Assembly (NCBI GenBank): GCA_021613535.1
Contig: CP075496.1
Span: 8,122,001-8,186,000, forward strand
DNA: 64,000 bases
Direction: 5' to 3'
Origin: Adineta vaga
Lineage: Eukaryota; Animalia; Rotifera
Shown here: positions 13,139 to 33,563 of the stretch, piece after piece
Layout of the letters: the number at the start of each line of letters is the position of its first letter
Position numbering within the stretch: the first letter of the stretch is position 1
The notes under the pieces: model-generated
Databases searched by the model: none
Told to the model about the DNA's origin: nothing
What the model saw: the letters and a program-made list of their open reading frames with translations, nothing else
Position numbers and translations under genes: made by a program

Positions 13139-14185
13139 TTTTATATTCTATTTATATGATTGAAAATAAAATACTTTCAGAAAAATTCATTTTCTTTTCT
13201 TTTAAACATACTTGTTTAAGATTAGTTATTTGTATGAATAACGAAAATGTCTTGTGTTCGTAAAATGAAGATTCATTGCTAAAAATTCGTCTGTCGTGGT
13301 CATGCTCGAAAAAAATAAATAAATACGCAAGAAAATCATTACATATTTATATTTACCCTCGAGATCGATATCAACTACAAACTATTTCATTAGTCTTGTC
13401 TTATGTTTAAGAGCAGTTTCTGAACAAGTTGAGTAAGGATGTGTAACTTTTTACAGAAAGATTCGCATAGTATATTGTATTGGATGAGTATTGTTTTAAA
13501 AATAGTCAAGGTTTTTATGTTGGAGAATCGTGTCGATTGTGATTCGATGGGATGTTTCTTCTTTTTCAATAATTTCTCGCATATTCTGTTATATAATACT
13601 TTATTTCGTTAATATGAATGATGACGTATATTTTCGAGGATCTGATAAGACTAACACTTTGATGCATCAGGGAAGCTTTTCTTACAGATGAAATGACTGT
13701 TTATCATTGCTCATGAATAAATGAAATTAGTTCTTATACAATTTTTAAGAGTATAATAGAACCATACTAAAAGATTATTATCGTTCAGAGAACCAGCACA
13801 CTAACAAAGATGACTTACTCACACTGCACTATAAACAGATCATCTTTCATTAGCAAGACGACAATAATTCCTTTATACGCGAGATGTACTTATCTGAAAT
13901 AATGTTGAGATTTAGTATTAAATGAAGTGGTAGGGTGCCACGAATGAATGTTTTATGCATGAACATTCCAAAATGTATCTAACTGTAAGATAATATTTTT
14001 ATTCTTCTTTTCTAGCTATTTACATATAAAGGATGTTATTTGATGAAAGATTGATTTTGTTTCTTGATCATATTAGAAAAAAAATAGAAATTATTATCCA
14101 TAATTAAATAACTATAAGGACAAGGTAAAAACAAAAAAGAACTCTTAAGACAAAACCGATTTGTAACTATATATATATAAATCAA

Positions 14186-16571
14186 TCATTTTCTCGTTAC
14201 TGAATTAATTTTTATCTTCATATTTGTTGTTGAATCAGGACCTGATATTGACGATGTATTCACAAAACTTTCACGCCTCATTTTCACAAAACCTTGTGTT
14301 GTTCCTCGAAAAGATGCTTTTGATGATGCTTCGTTTTTAATTGATTGATGCGATGTTAAATTTCGTATTGATGATTGTTTAATACGTTCAGCAATCGTTG
14401 GTGTCATATCTAAATTTGATGATTTTGTTGGTGGCATACGTTCATTAAGTTGATCAAGAGTTTTAGCTGTTGAAAAACGTTCTTTGCTTGTTATATTATT
14501 ATCATCACGAAGAATATTTGCAGCAACTTCTGTTTCTGTTTTAATATCAATATTGTCAATTACTTCAGTTGGATTTATTAATGGAGCTAAACCACGTAGT
14601 GCAAGAACATTTTCACTTAATTCACGTAATGATTTATAAGCTTTGGCCACTTTTGCTAATGCACGAATTTTTATACGAAGTTGTTCTTTTCGTAATTCAC
14701 GATTATTACGTTCAATTAGTGAATCGATCTGTTGATCGGGTTCAGCTAATTCTTCATCTGTACAGATACTTAATATACTTAACAATACATCAGTAACTTT
14801 TTCACCAACAAATGGTAATGACCAAGAAAAAACATCCATAAAATTCGGTAGCCAATAAGGATGTGGTGAACTATTGAATTGTCGAATATTAAGAACATTA
14901 TCTTCATATTTCATAATCGCTGCTTTATTACGATAAGCATCGAGATAATTTGGTGCGGAAAATATTGTTATTAATGATGGAAAACCAGTTTCAGCTGATT
15001 TTCGATACATTCGATAGCCGACATCTTGAGCTTCATGAGCACGAATTATTGAAAGTATCTGATTTTGCACTAGAAATTCATTGACAGCAGTATAAGTATA
15101 AAAATAAGAACAACCTCGTGTTGTATTATGCAAATATAAATGTTCATTCGTTGATGGAAGTACGGGTTGAGAAAGAAGAGTGGGAGGTAAATCGTTCAGT
15201 GGAAGACTTGGACGACGTTTTGGTACAGTAATTGGATTATCTTTATCATTACCGTAATCTTCAACAGGATCAGACCATAAAAGATCACACATAGCACCAT
15301 AAGGTGGAGGTTCATGAAATCGATCCAACTGAAAATATAAAAAATATGAATAGTTATTTTATATTTTAACATTTCATTCGAATTTACTTGTCGTATATCA
15401 TCTAATGTGGAAATTTCGGGTGAGATTCCTCCATGTACACATAAGAATTGTTTGTTCATAAGTGCTGCTAATGGTAAACAATCAAATGCAATCATACAAG
15501 CATCATACACATCTTCGCTATATTTTATAAGACATTCTTGCTTGAAACTAAATGGGAAATACAAAATAAAATCAATCAATCAATCAATTGTCTTACGTAA
15601 AATATTCAGTTAAATGTCGACATTCATGATTTCCTCGAAGAAGAAAAAACGTATCTCGATAATGTATTTTCAATGCCCATAAATAAAGAACACTACAATT
15701 AGCAAAAGCATAGTGTCAAAATTTTCAATACGACAAATAAAACTTCCTACCATTCAATTCCAAAATATCCTCGGTCAACATAGTCACCGAGAAATAAATA
15801 CGAAGTAGTCGCTGGTGAACCTCCAACATCAAATAATCTATATCAATACAACTTTCAATTACAAATACATCAAAACTTCAACAATGATATTTACTTGACT
15901 AAATCGTATAATTGTCCATGAATATCACCACAAATTGTCAATGGTGCATCGACATCAAGCATGGTTGCTTCTTCGTGTAAAATAGAAGCACCTAAATACG
16001 TAAAATGATTACTCGTAAACATGTTAATTGAAAAGTTTTTATTGATAAAGATTAGTAAATGTCATTGTAAGTAAATAAGTTAATCGATTAGATAATTCCA
16101 CGTCGATATTATTAGAATCATTGATCTAGATTTCTCATTTTATCTCATTGAGAACGTTCTAGTTTTGATAAAAAACAGAAACAGATATAGACGCATAATT
16201 TTTATTTAGATTTGTTTATACTCAAAGAAATCCTATCTGACTTTTGTTGTAGAAGAAAACAAATTATGTATTGACACTTAGATTAACAAGAGAATATATT
16301 TTACTGTACCAGTTTCAATAATTCGAAGTGCAGCTTGCTCTGTTAGACGACCTTCAAGTAAAATATGTTGTTTGAGAATCTCTAAATCTGGTTTATCATC
16401 TGGATCGGAGGAATGAAGATAAATATCATCAATATCAAGACGATGTAAAGGTGGTGTAGAAACTGTTTTACAGTTTCTTTCTGTTGTACTGTAATTCGTA
16501 GTTTTCGATGGCGAGGAAGATGTTGCTGAGGATGAGGATGATGCGTCGGATGCTTGATCGCTACTCGTCAT
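14186..16571 (-). CDS. PPP3C: Calcineurin A (PP2B catalytic subunit), multi-exon
   Basis: [76 protein letters not shown], calmodulin-binding-like segment and autoinhibitory NERMPP. Confidence 0.96.
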
Positions 16572-18480
16572 TTAAAAAGTTTTCTTTTCATTATTCTGAA
16601 AAGATAATATATTTTATTAAAACAAAAACGAAATGGATTGTAAAGGGAATATGTTATTATTCTATTACATGTCCTAATCGAGTCATTTTTCACCTGAATG
16701 ATCAAAGGAATCCGACTATAACAACCTTTAGCCGATAAATTAAGGTTATAGTAATATATTGCAAATAGAAAATATCTTTTATACGTAGAAGCTTTTCTTT
16801 TCTTTGTCAAGAGATGTAGATAAATATATGACCATAGACTTCGATGTTACAGCGAATAAGAAGAAAAAGGAGAGAATACAAAAATAATGACGAACGATAT
16901 TTCTCTATGATTATTTTACTTCGAGACTTACGAACAAATGCGAACTGAATATTTTCTATAGATATGTATATATTTTCTTGTTTGTTTGAAGTTGTTTGAC
17001 ATCTTTAACGCAGAAGGATATCATGAAAAAGCAGTTACTCTCGATATTGATGTGACACGTATTATTCTCATATACAAAGATGCACATTTTGTTTTTGTTA
17101 ACTTTAGTCTCTTTTCTCTTCTTAGATATCATTCGTTTTCATTTATTATTGATAGCAAAATCTATCAATATATTTATGTAAATTTACATTTCTTATTCGT
17201 CTCCAAACAACGATTTCTCCGAGAGAAAATCGACAACATAAATATCTACATGTACGTATATTAGTAACTAAATGATTGACATTTATGTGCATGATGAAAG
17301 AACAACAACAACAACAACAGCGATAAAAACAACAACTAATATCGAGCAGTTTTTTCTTCTAAGTATATGTCAACGAAAATAGATTGATGGGAAAAGAGCG
17401 GAACGAGTTCGCGCTCCCTCTCTCTGCATTTTCTTTTCATGTCAGATCAAACTATGCCAAAAGGCAAAGATGTTCTATACTAATTGCTATATAATTAGAT
17501 AACTAAACAACGTAAAGAGTTTTTTTGGAGAGTATTTTTACTTCCTATAACAACTAATGATTATTGATACGTAAAAAGAATGTCTATACTATTTCCAATG
17601 TACTAATGACAAAAGACGAAGTTCTTCTTCAATTATCTCAATTGATTTTTGACAGTAAGTAATCGGAGATCAAAAATAATATTTATCTTTTTTACTAGAT
17701 AATAATGCTTTCGATTTTTATTCAAATTTTATCTTCATATGAATTGGACAACAAAACGTAATCAATTTTAGCTTTGGAAATGAAATGAAATGGGTAAAAG
17801 AAGATATTTCCCTACTATGAATAGAAAAAGTAACACCAAAACTCAAATGTCAATCAAATGTTCTGACCTTTATTTGATATAATATTGATAATCAAAAAAT
17901 ATTTTATAGGATAAATAATACGAGATTGCTACTTAGCAATTTTTCTTGTTATTTCAATCATCATGGGGAATCTACTTGGAAACAGCGTGAACTATCAAAT
18001 AAGAGACTCCATAAATCATCGAATCGACTTGATATGAAGAATAAACAAAAGTATCTAAGTAGATAAAAATAACAGCGAGACATTTGATCAACTTTCAAGA
18101 ATAATTAACGATTCAAAATCTTCGAAATATTTCTCATATTCTTATGAAATTATCAATGAATATTAATAAATAATTCACGAGATCTGAAAGCATATGATAA
18201 TATCACCCGATAAAGGTGTGTCGAGACGATGTGTCAAACAATCTTTGATTTATCGCCAATGCATTTCTCCACTGTATTCATTCCGATGAAAAAATTTTCA
18301 CTTATGATGATGAGTGTCTACTGCCCTCCTGTATAGATTGACTACTAGCGACATGTTTCTATGCATAGTGGCTGTTGTCCTGTGAAATAACATGACCGAT
18401 GAATGAATGAATCGTTTGAAATTTTCTTTTGCTTCATTTTAAAAAACTTCAAAAGTTGCCAATTCAATTATACTAAAAAT

Positions 18481-24973
<6,493 letters not shown>

Positions 24974-25419
24974 AAACAAAACTAGTCTATGTTTTGTGTT
25001 GTGTTTATAAATAAATTTCATATTTGCATAGCAAAGATAAACTTGCTTTTCGAAAATAACAATAGTCTATGTTCTGAAATATTAGTTAGGAGAGGAAAAC
25101 TCGCTCTTAATCGTTGATTGTGAAAAATGATCCTTGAAGTGATTTGACATGTAATGCATTATTAGGTAATAAATTAACCTTGCAAAAAAACAGAACTCGG
25201 TTAAATCAATCAGAATAGATTCTCTTCAAAAGCAAACATGATATGATTGAAATGATGAGACCACTATATCCATCTATCTATCGAGCTCAACGAAAGATTA
25301 TGATAGATAGAAATATCATCCAATAGAAATTCTTTTTCTTATTTGATCTTTACTTGAGTTGAGTTCAGTGAATGTGAATGTAAAGCGAGTATTCTAAGAA
25401 CAAAGTTCAGAATTTCGAG

Positions 25420-27133
25420 ATGCCTCACGTTAAATTGCCTGTCGACAATCAAAATCTAGAATTGTATTATGAAACACATGGATCTGGTAAAAATAAAATT
25501 CTATTTATTATGGGTTTATTAACTGATGGCGCCGCTTGGGCTTGTCAAGTAAAAGAACTCATCTAGTTTTATTTACTCATTAATCTCAATTTATCTTTAG
25601 ACTGATTTTTTTCGTAATCAATCTGAATATCAGGTAGATCTTCACGTTAAATCATGTTATATAAATCTATGAATCGATTTCTAGTGTGTCAGTTATGATA
25701 ATCGTGGTTGTGGACGTTCATCATCACCCTTGACCCTTAAATATACGACAACTCAAATGGCTAAAGATGCTTTAGCACTCATTGATCATTTAAAATGGGC
25801 ACAATGTCATGTGGTGGGTGTTTCAATGGGTGGTATGATTGCTCTGGAATTTGCATTATTAGTACCAACAAGAATCCTTTCATTAACTTTATTGGCTACA
25901 CATGCAGGTGGAATTGCCGGACGTGCACCTTTCGTTGGTATTCGTCATATTCTTCGATCGTTAGTAATACGTGAAGAACATTTACAAATTGAAAATGCAT
26001 TGACAATGCTCTATGGAACAAATACTTTATCTAATCCAGAAAAACGAAAAGTGAAATCAATGAGGATTTTCGAAGAATTTCCTAAAAATTCTGTTTTTAT
26101 TTTAGATTTTCCTTAACTATCATACAGAAAGATACAAAAAACGTGTTCCACCGAAATTGGTTGGTATTCTAGGACATTTATTGGCAGTTCAACGACATTA
26201 TGTTAGTTATGCCGATTTATTAAAGATTCGTTACGCACCATTTGATTGTTTAATCATGGTTGGAACAGAAGATCGACTTGTACGAGAAGCAAATTCCTAT
26301 CTTATTCGACAAGTTAGTAATGAATATCAAAACTCTTATTTTTACTTTTCTTTCTTTTCTATCACTATAGACACTTGGCTGTCGTCTTGTCAAACTTGAA
26401 CATGCGGGACATGGTTTACCTGCTGAATGTTCGAAAGAGATCAATGAAGAATTATTCGGTAAAGTTAACGAATACAAACGATCGGTTTTAAACATTTCTT
26501 TCTCTTGAATAGATTGGTATGAATCAATTCGAACAGGTGATTCATCAAAATCGAAAAGTACAGTGGTGCCAGAAGAATATCAAACAGAAATAAAAGCACT
26601 TGAACAATGTTGTCAACATCGAACTCATTGTCTGGTTTATAATATAACTGGATTCATCAAAGTAAACATATTACTCCCTTAAGTAATCATCAAGTTTTCG
26701 TTTTTAACTTGCAGGGTGTCTTTCTCGGTACAATACTTTATATCATTTTGGCTATTAATAGTTTAATCAAAGGACAATCAAGTGGAGTTTATTTGACTTT
26801 CGAAAATATTCTATTACTTGGATGTTTAAAGTAAATTTCCTATTTATAACGTTTATGTATATAGTTAAAAGATAGTTTTACTTTAGTGGACTTCGCCGTT
26901 CATTGACGTGTGTTTACAGTGCATTCCATGCACGACGTTATGTACAAGATCAACGAATACTATTAAATCGAGCTGCACATCATGGAGGTATTGGTGTTGC
27001 TTTACCTGATGAACCAAAAAATGGCATACCACATGGATGTGGTTTTGAAATACCGATCTATTCCATTATGTTCATTCTTAGTCTTATTGTTTTGATTTAC
27101 ACGACACATACTTTTGAACAAAAAGCTATTTAA
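25420..27133 (+). CDS. Alpha/beta-hydrolase with C-terminal hydrophobic (membrane) extension, ~9 exons
   Basis: LYYETHGSG, FIMGL, YDNRGCGRS, GVSMGG nucleophile, GTEDRLV acid, HAGHGL His; last exons encode 2-3 hydrophobic helices. Confidence 0.88.
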
Positions 27134-27462
27134 TCCGTTTTTGAGACAATTTATAATAATTCAGCAAGTGATATTGTGACCGTTTTTTTTAAATTAATGC
27201 TTTTGAACTAATAATCGAAATATTGATTATGGTCTTTTCGTATTTTACATAAATTCTACTAAATACTATCAAATGATGATAAATTGTTCTTGTCAATGGT
27301 TCCTATTAAGTAGAAACAATTAACAGGAATACTGTTGAGTCTATGGCGAATGTATTCAATAAATGACTGACATCATATAGATGGGAATAAAAATGAGTAA
27401 TGTGGCTAATAAAGAAATTCTATGGAGTAGTCAGTTGTTTTACTGACAGATCATATTTTAGA

Positions 27463-27690
27463 ACCATGGCTATATAATTAATCTCGTTTGAATTTTGACA
27501 CGAACGTTTGATACTATCGAACATGAATAGAATTATAAGTATATTTAGATCGACGGTCATAAACTGTATTAACGATCGCTTATGATCCTATTTTAGACAA
27601 GTACACTACACAAACGAGAGTTGTTGACTTTCATTTACCGTTTACGTCTAAGAAGCGGATATTATTAGATACTCAATTATACCCAATGGT
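27463..27690. mobile_element. Possible degenerate MITE (~228 bp)
   Basis: Imperfect terminal inverted repeats ACCATGGCTATATAATT and AATTATACCCAATGGT; non-coding interior; no clear TSD. Confidence 0.25.
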
Positions 27691-28871
27691 ACTATATATT
27701 TAAACTGAAAATAATTACCTTATGCTACTAGATTTCATTTCATTGAAAATCTTCCAGTAGAATTTGTGTCTTCTCCATTATTCTACCGCGGTCAATATTG
27801 ATAAGTTTGTTCCAAATGTATAAAATAACAACAATAATAATAAACTTAGATAAGGTGTCAGATGATTAATTCGATTTCTCTATTCTTTTAAGTAAATACT
27901 TTTCCAATTGCATCTATGCAATAGAACATTTGAATCACAAATTTATTACTATTATTTTTGACGTTTCACAATAGAAATTTCCCTAGTGGTTGGTTTATGT
28001 TTTTTCTTTCATTCCACAATATACACAAGTACGAATAAGTGTCAAAATGCAGACATATTTTTTTCTCTGTGTTTTACAGGAATGCATTTTATCTCCCATA
28101 AATATCTTATTTTGCTTTGTTCTGTATTTTTTTTCTGCTCTTTTTACTTAAATAAGAAACCTTTGAAGGAAAATAACCTAGAATTGCCATGATACGAACG
28201 TTAGTTGAACCTTTTTTAAGTCGAGAAAAAAAACGTAGAAAAGAACTGAAACGCAAGGCAACGTTCGAAGGTAAAATCTAGTGAAGAAACGTCATAGCAA
28301 GTGAGACTACCTTTCTTTTTCTTTCTTCTCTTCGTCGTCTTCTATCACGGTAAGGATGTTTGAACTAGATGAATGTATTGACAACCTTTTTTTGACATTG
28401 GGATTTTTTTCGCTAAATGATGCAAATTGTCAAAACGAATGACAAATTACTTTTCTCATTAGATATATAGATTTACCTATCATTTTCTAAACTTCCTCTA
28501 TCAATAAGGGTACATATGTCGAAAAAAATGATGATATATATATATGATTGTTCGACAAGAAAACTAATGAACAGAAAGGAATATGTTGAATTAGACAATA
28601 ATAATATAAAGGACAAGTTTATATCACAGAAAAAAAAAAGATAGGACTAGAAGTTCTACAACAAAATTCAATTGATTTTGTTGATAAAAATCTGACAGTA
28701 TTGATTTATATGAAATCTATTCATCATATCATTTACTCATCTTCAACCTCCGCTTTATTATATACATGTATACATATATATATCATATTGATGTTTATGT
28801 GTACTTTAGTAGTCGTTAATTTTGTTTTGTTTTTTTTCTTTCATAAAGAAAATCGTATTAAATAACAAGCA

Positions 28872-31800
28872 ATGACACAATCAACAACAGAACTTTATAC
28901 GTCTGATATGAGCAATGATGAGATTGAATTATTAAGACAACTCGAAGAAGCGAATCGGTAATAAAATCTTTTCATTCTCATTTTCATTTACATCTACTCA
29001 AATATCCATTGAATTCTATCATTTTTTTCAAGACGTATTGAATATGATCTAAAATCACCGACAAGTGCGATTCTTAATCCGATTGTCAATAAATGTTCAC
29101 CTGAATTACATCATAAACAAGGTCGTGTCGATTCAATTTCCAGTGATGTGAGCAATTTAACAATCGATAGTGATGGTAGACATTTTGATTATTTCGTTTC
29201 TATGAAGACAAAAAAAGAGGGTATTTCCTTAAGGTAATTTTGAAAATGAATGGGTTGTATGGAACAAAATTGTTAACAATTGGTCGACATGTCTGAAGAA
29301 AAATTCCACGTGGATACGAGTAAATGAAATTATGTTAGTTTAATTCTATTAGGAAACAACTTTTTCTATTGATCTTCGAGAATGTCATTCGATTTGGTGT
29401 ACCTATTCATTTCCGTCCATTACTTTGGCAATGTATAACAAATGTTGAAACGTCAGATACAAGAGAAAAATATGCTGATTTCATGAAAATGACATCACCA
29501 TGTGAAAAAGTTATTCGAAGAGATATATCACGTACATATCCTCAATATGAACTTTTCAAAGAAAAACATGGTTTAGGTCAAGAAAGTTTATTTAATGTAA
29601 TTAAGGTCGGTCAGATTAACAATAATTTTCCATGCATGAAAAGAAGAAATTGACGATATTTTTAGGCTTATTCATTATATGATCGAGAAGTTGGATATTG
29701 TCAAGGCATTGCATTTATTGTTGGTCTTTTACTTATGCATGTCAGTTAAAGATAGTAAAATAAAAACATTGTTGAATACTAATTTTTTCTAAATAATATA
29801 GATGCCGGAAGAAGAAGCCTTTGCTGTTCTCGTATCCATTATGCAAGATTATAAAATGCGTGATATGTATAAACCAGATATGTTCTTTTTGGGTCTTTGT
29901 ATTTATCAACTTGAATGTATGATTCAAGTATGTCTATACTTTTAATTGATCATCTTTTTTTTTTTATTCAAAATCGATTATTTATACAGGAATATCTACC
30001 TGAGCTTTATCGGCATTTTCGTGAAGAAAATGTTCATACATCCATGTTTGCATCGAGTTGGTTTTTAACTTTATTTACCAATCATTTACCATACAATGTT
30101 GTCTGTCGAATAATGGATCTTTTTCTAAGTGAAGTAAGTGGATTATTTATTGCATGTCTCGATTTCGTCTATTGTCTTATACATATATGTATACGTTTAT
30201 AGGGTATGGAAATGATCTTTCGTATTGGTTTTGCTCTACTTGAAATTCATCAAAATGAATTAATGCTTTTATCGATGGAAGATATACTTAAGGTAACCTT
30301 TTGAACATCGTTTTGAAAGAGAAAGAAAAAAACTTATATATGCATACGTGCATGTCATAATCAATCGAGTAGCGATCGTCATTTGTATATATATAGTCTA
30401 TCTTTTCTTTGCTGCTTCTCTCTCTCTCCCTCCCACTCTTCTTCCCTTTTCACGAAGATGTAATAGATGAGTCGATGATGGCAGGCTTTCGCGTCAGCTG
30501 TTTGTCATATCATTGTATGTATGTATGTATTCATTTCTTTCTTTTTGCACCTTTTCAATGTAATGATATTTTCTTTTGTACGAAAAGAAAAGTTTAATTT
30601 GAAAAAAAAAGAACAAAATAGAATAAGTACCATCGAACCATTCTATGTTATATTATATCCATACGTATATACATACATATATATATATATAATGTAAAAT
30701 ATGTATACTCAATCAAGTCAGTTGTGTAAGTACGTATATGTTTCGATTCATTGAGGTATAGAATATAAAAAAATGAGAGGAGAGGAAAAAAACGAGAGAA
30801 GAGAAAGAAAATAAAATGACACCACCGCTGCTGCAACCATTGTGTGTTGTATGTGTGCACACATTTTGTTCTGTCCAAACGAGGTGGAGACATTTGCAAC
30901 ACAAAAAAAAGACGAGTGAAGAAATAAGCATCCGTATCGATCTTTGCATCACATAAACATAGACTGATTTATACGCATGGATCGTCGTTTACACGCTGTT
31001 CAAGACCGTCTAGCCGAACAGTGTGCCCAGACGTTCAAAACTGTTCAAAGTTCAGTCTCTGCTGTTACATCAGTAAGTTTTCTAACTAATTCTTGGACAT
31101 CAACAGTAGACAAGAGAGAACAAATTCATCGATATATGTATTTGTCTTTCGAATAAATGCCAAAAAAAGGCATCTATTTGTATAATAGTAATACACCGTC
31201 TTGATCCGTAAAGTAAGCAAGTCATTTAATAATATATGTTCAGACTTGCAATTTCGCATCGATGATTATATATATATATATATATCGATCATGTAACCTT
31301 GATGTCTATAAATAAGTACACTATTCGTTTGATCAAATCCTTTTTCAATGATTATTCAATCAAATATTTGTTGATTTTATGTTTTAGTATTTTCAAAAAG
31401 AAGTGCCTATCAAGCATGAAACAGATCATGAATCATTACTTCAACGTGCATTTGCATTACAATATAATGGTAAAAAAATGAAAAAGTATGTAAATATATA
31501 TACCTCGAAGCAAGTGAAGTTGTGTTTGTTTCAATATTATTTATTCGTTTTCTATTAGATTAGAAAAAGAATACACTGTTATTCGTAAAGAAGAACAAGA
31601 AGAACAAATCGAAATACGTGTATGTATTTAATATCCATTACTATGTGTATACCATATTGACATGTTTTATTTCCATAGAAATTACGAAATGAAAATCGAT
31701 TATTAAAACAACGCGTCGAAAATTTAGAAAAAGTAGAGAATTAATATAATTTATACAAATATATTTTCATGTTTTTCTTTTTCGAAGGAAAGTGAAACTC

Positions 31801-33403
31801 TAGCTAATCGATTAATAGAAGGTCAAGTATTGAATGCACAATATGCTGAAGAATCTTATCAATTGAAACGAGAAAATTGTAATTTTAAAAAGCAAATTGA
31901 TGATTTGAATTGTTCATTAACAAATACTCAGACAGATACAAATCAACCGAAAAATATGACTACCTCAGACTTTATTGTTACATCAAATCATAATGAATTA
32001 GAAGTTTTACGTGAAACAGTAACTCGATTGACTACCGTAAGTTAGCAAAACATATTTTACACATATGAATCATTGAATTTGAAGGAAAATCGTCGTTTAC
32101 AATCGACACCAAATTCTGAAATAGCGACATTACAAGAAGAATTAACTCTTGTTAAAATGCGTGATGCCGAAGCACAAGTGAATTTAAATGAACTTCGACA
32201 ACGTATTGCTGATCTAAATCGTGAATGGCAATTACATGATAGTACATGTAAAACAGCACGTGAAATGGAGAATAATTCTCATGATGATACATATGATTTG
32301 ATTGCACACGAATTAATCTCATTGAAAATGCGTGAAGCTCAAACGGATTGTGATAATAGATTATTTTCGCAGAAAATTATGGATATTGAAACACAAAAAC
32401 AAGTTTTACATAATCAAATCAGACGACAAGATGAAGAATCTCAACGAATTCGATTAGAACTAGATGCATGTCGAATACGTGAGAATGAATTTCGTATACA
32501 ATTAACTGATTTGAAAAATCAAATGAATGATGGATTATTAAGGGTAAAATCCATAAATTAGGCAAAGGTTTTTGATAAAAAAAACTTGTATTTTAGCAAA
32601 AAGAAGATTCAATGATGTTACGTATTCGAGAAGCAGAAAGTACTCAAACAATCGGTGATTTACGTCAAAAAATAGCTGAACTTGAAGTTCTAGTAAGAAT
32701 AAAATCTCAAATCTGTATCTTTGTTATTTTATTTATAAAAAATTTAGAATCAAGAATTAATTACTCGTGGTCAAATTATGGATGATAATGATCTTCAAGA
32801 GAAATTTGTTGAATTACAAGATGAGGTTAGTCATTATTTAAATGAAACTATTTCATAAAGAAAACACAAAAAACAAAAATCATATTGATTTATTTATTAC
32901 AGTCACGACAAGAATCTTTAAGGCGTAGTTATTCATTACCTATAGGTTATTAGAGTATATCTTATTCTATAAAGTAATTATTTTAGAAACAAAAAAAAGG
33001 TTAATGAAATAAATGCTTTTTTGCTAATTAATTCAGCTGATTAGATGATATTTTAAGGACAAACTTGATTGTTTGGTTTGATTTGATTTAGGTAATGGGT
33101 CTTCGATTAATTCAAACATTGCAGCGTCGACAATCATTATCTACAGATCCTTTCACTCGAATAGACTATGAAGAAAGTGACGATGAAAGTATGCCATCAT
33201 CACCATTAACACTTTCGAATCCTGATAGTCATCATTTAAATTCTTCATTCAATATTGCTCATTCGAACTCATCTAGTGAACCTAATCATCATCATCATCT
33301 TCGACAATCGACATCCTCCTTATCAATACATAATACAAAAGCACAAAATACAACTTCATCGACTATACTTTCATCTTCTCAACCATCATCGTCTACCATT
33401 TAA
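28872..33403 (+). CDS. EVI5: EVI5-like Rab-GAP (TBC domain plus coiled coil), multi-exon
   Basis: LLRQLEEANR, GVPIHFRPLLWQ, IRRDISRTYP (R finger), YDREVGYCQG (Q finger), MFASSWFLTLF, then coiled coil LQEELTLVKMRDAEA / LKMREA typical of EVI5. Confidence 0.9.
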
Positions 33404-33563
33404 ATAAAGAGTCAAATGTAATATCTTCTGTGGTGCTTTTTTTTTGTTTGTCGTGTTGTAAATAATCTTTCCTGTTTATTATTTGCAATATGTTCTATGA
33501 ATATTTTAGTTCCGAAACTATATGCCGGTTTCATGAGAATAAAAAAACTCGAAGAAAATCGAT

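Noticed and set aside
17920-18400. ATTGCTACTTAGCAAT palindrome and X-box-like words upstream of ULK4; HGESTW fragment
   Set aside because: Poor match to the RFX consensus; the peptide fragment has no supporting ORF.
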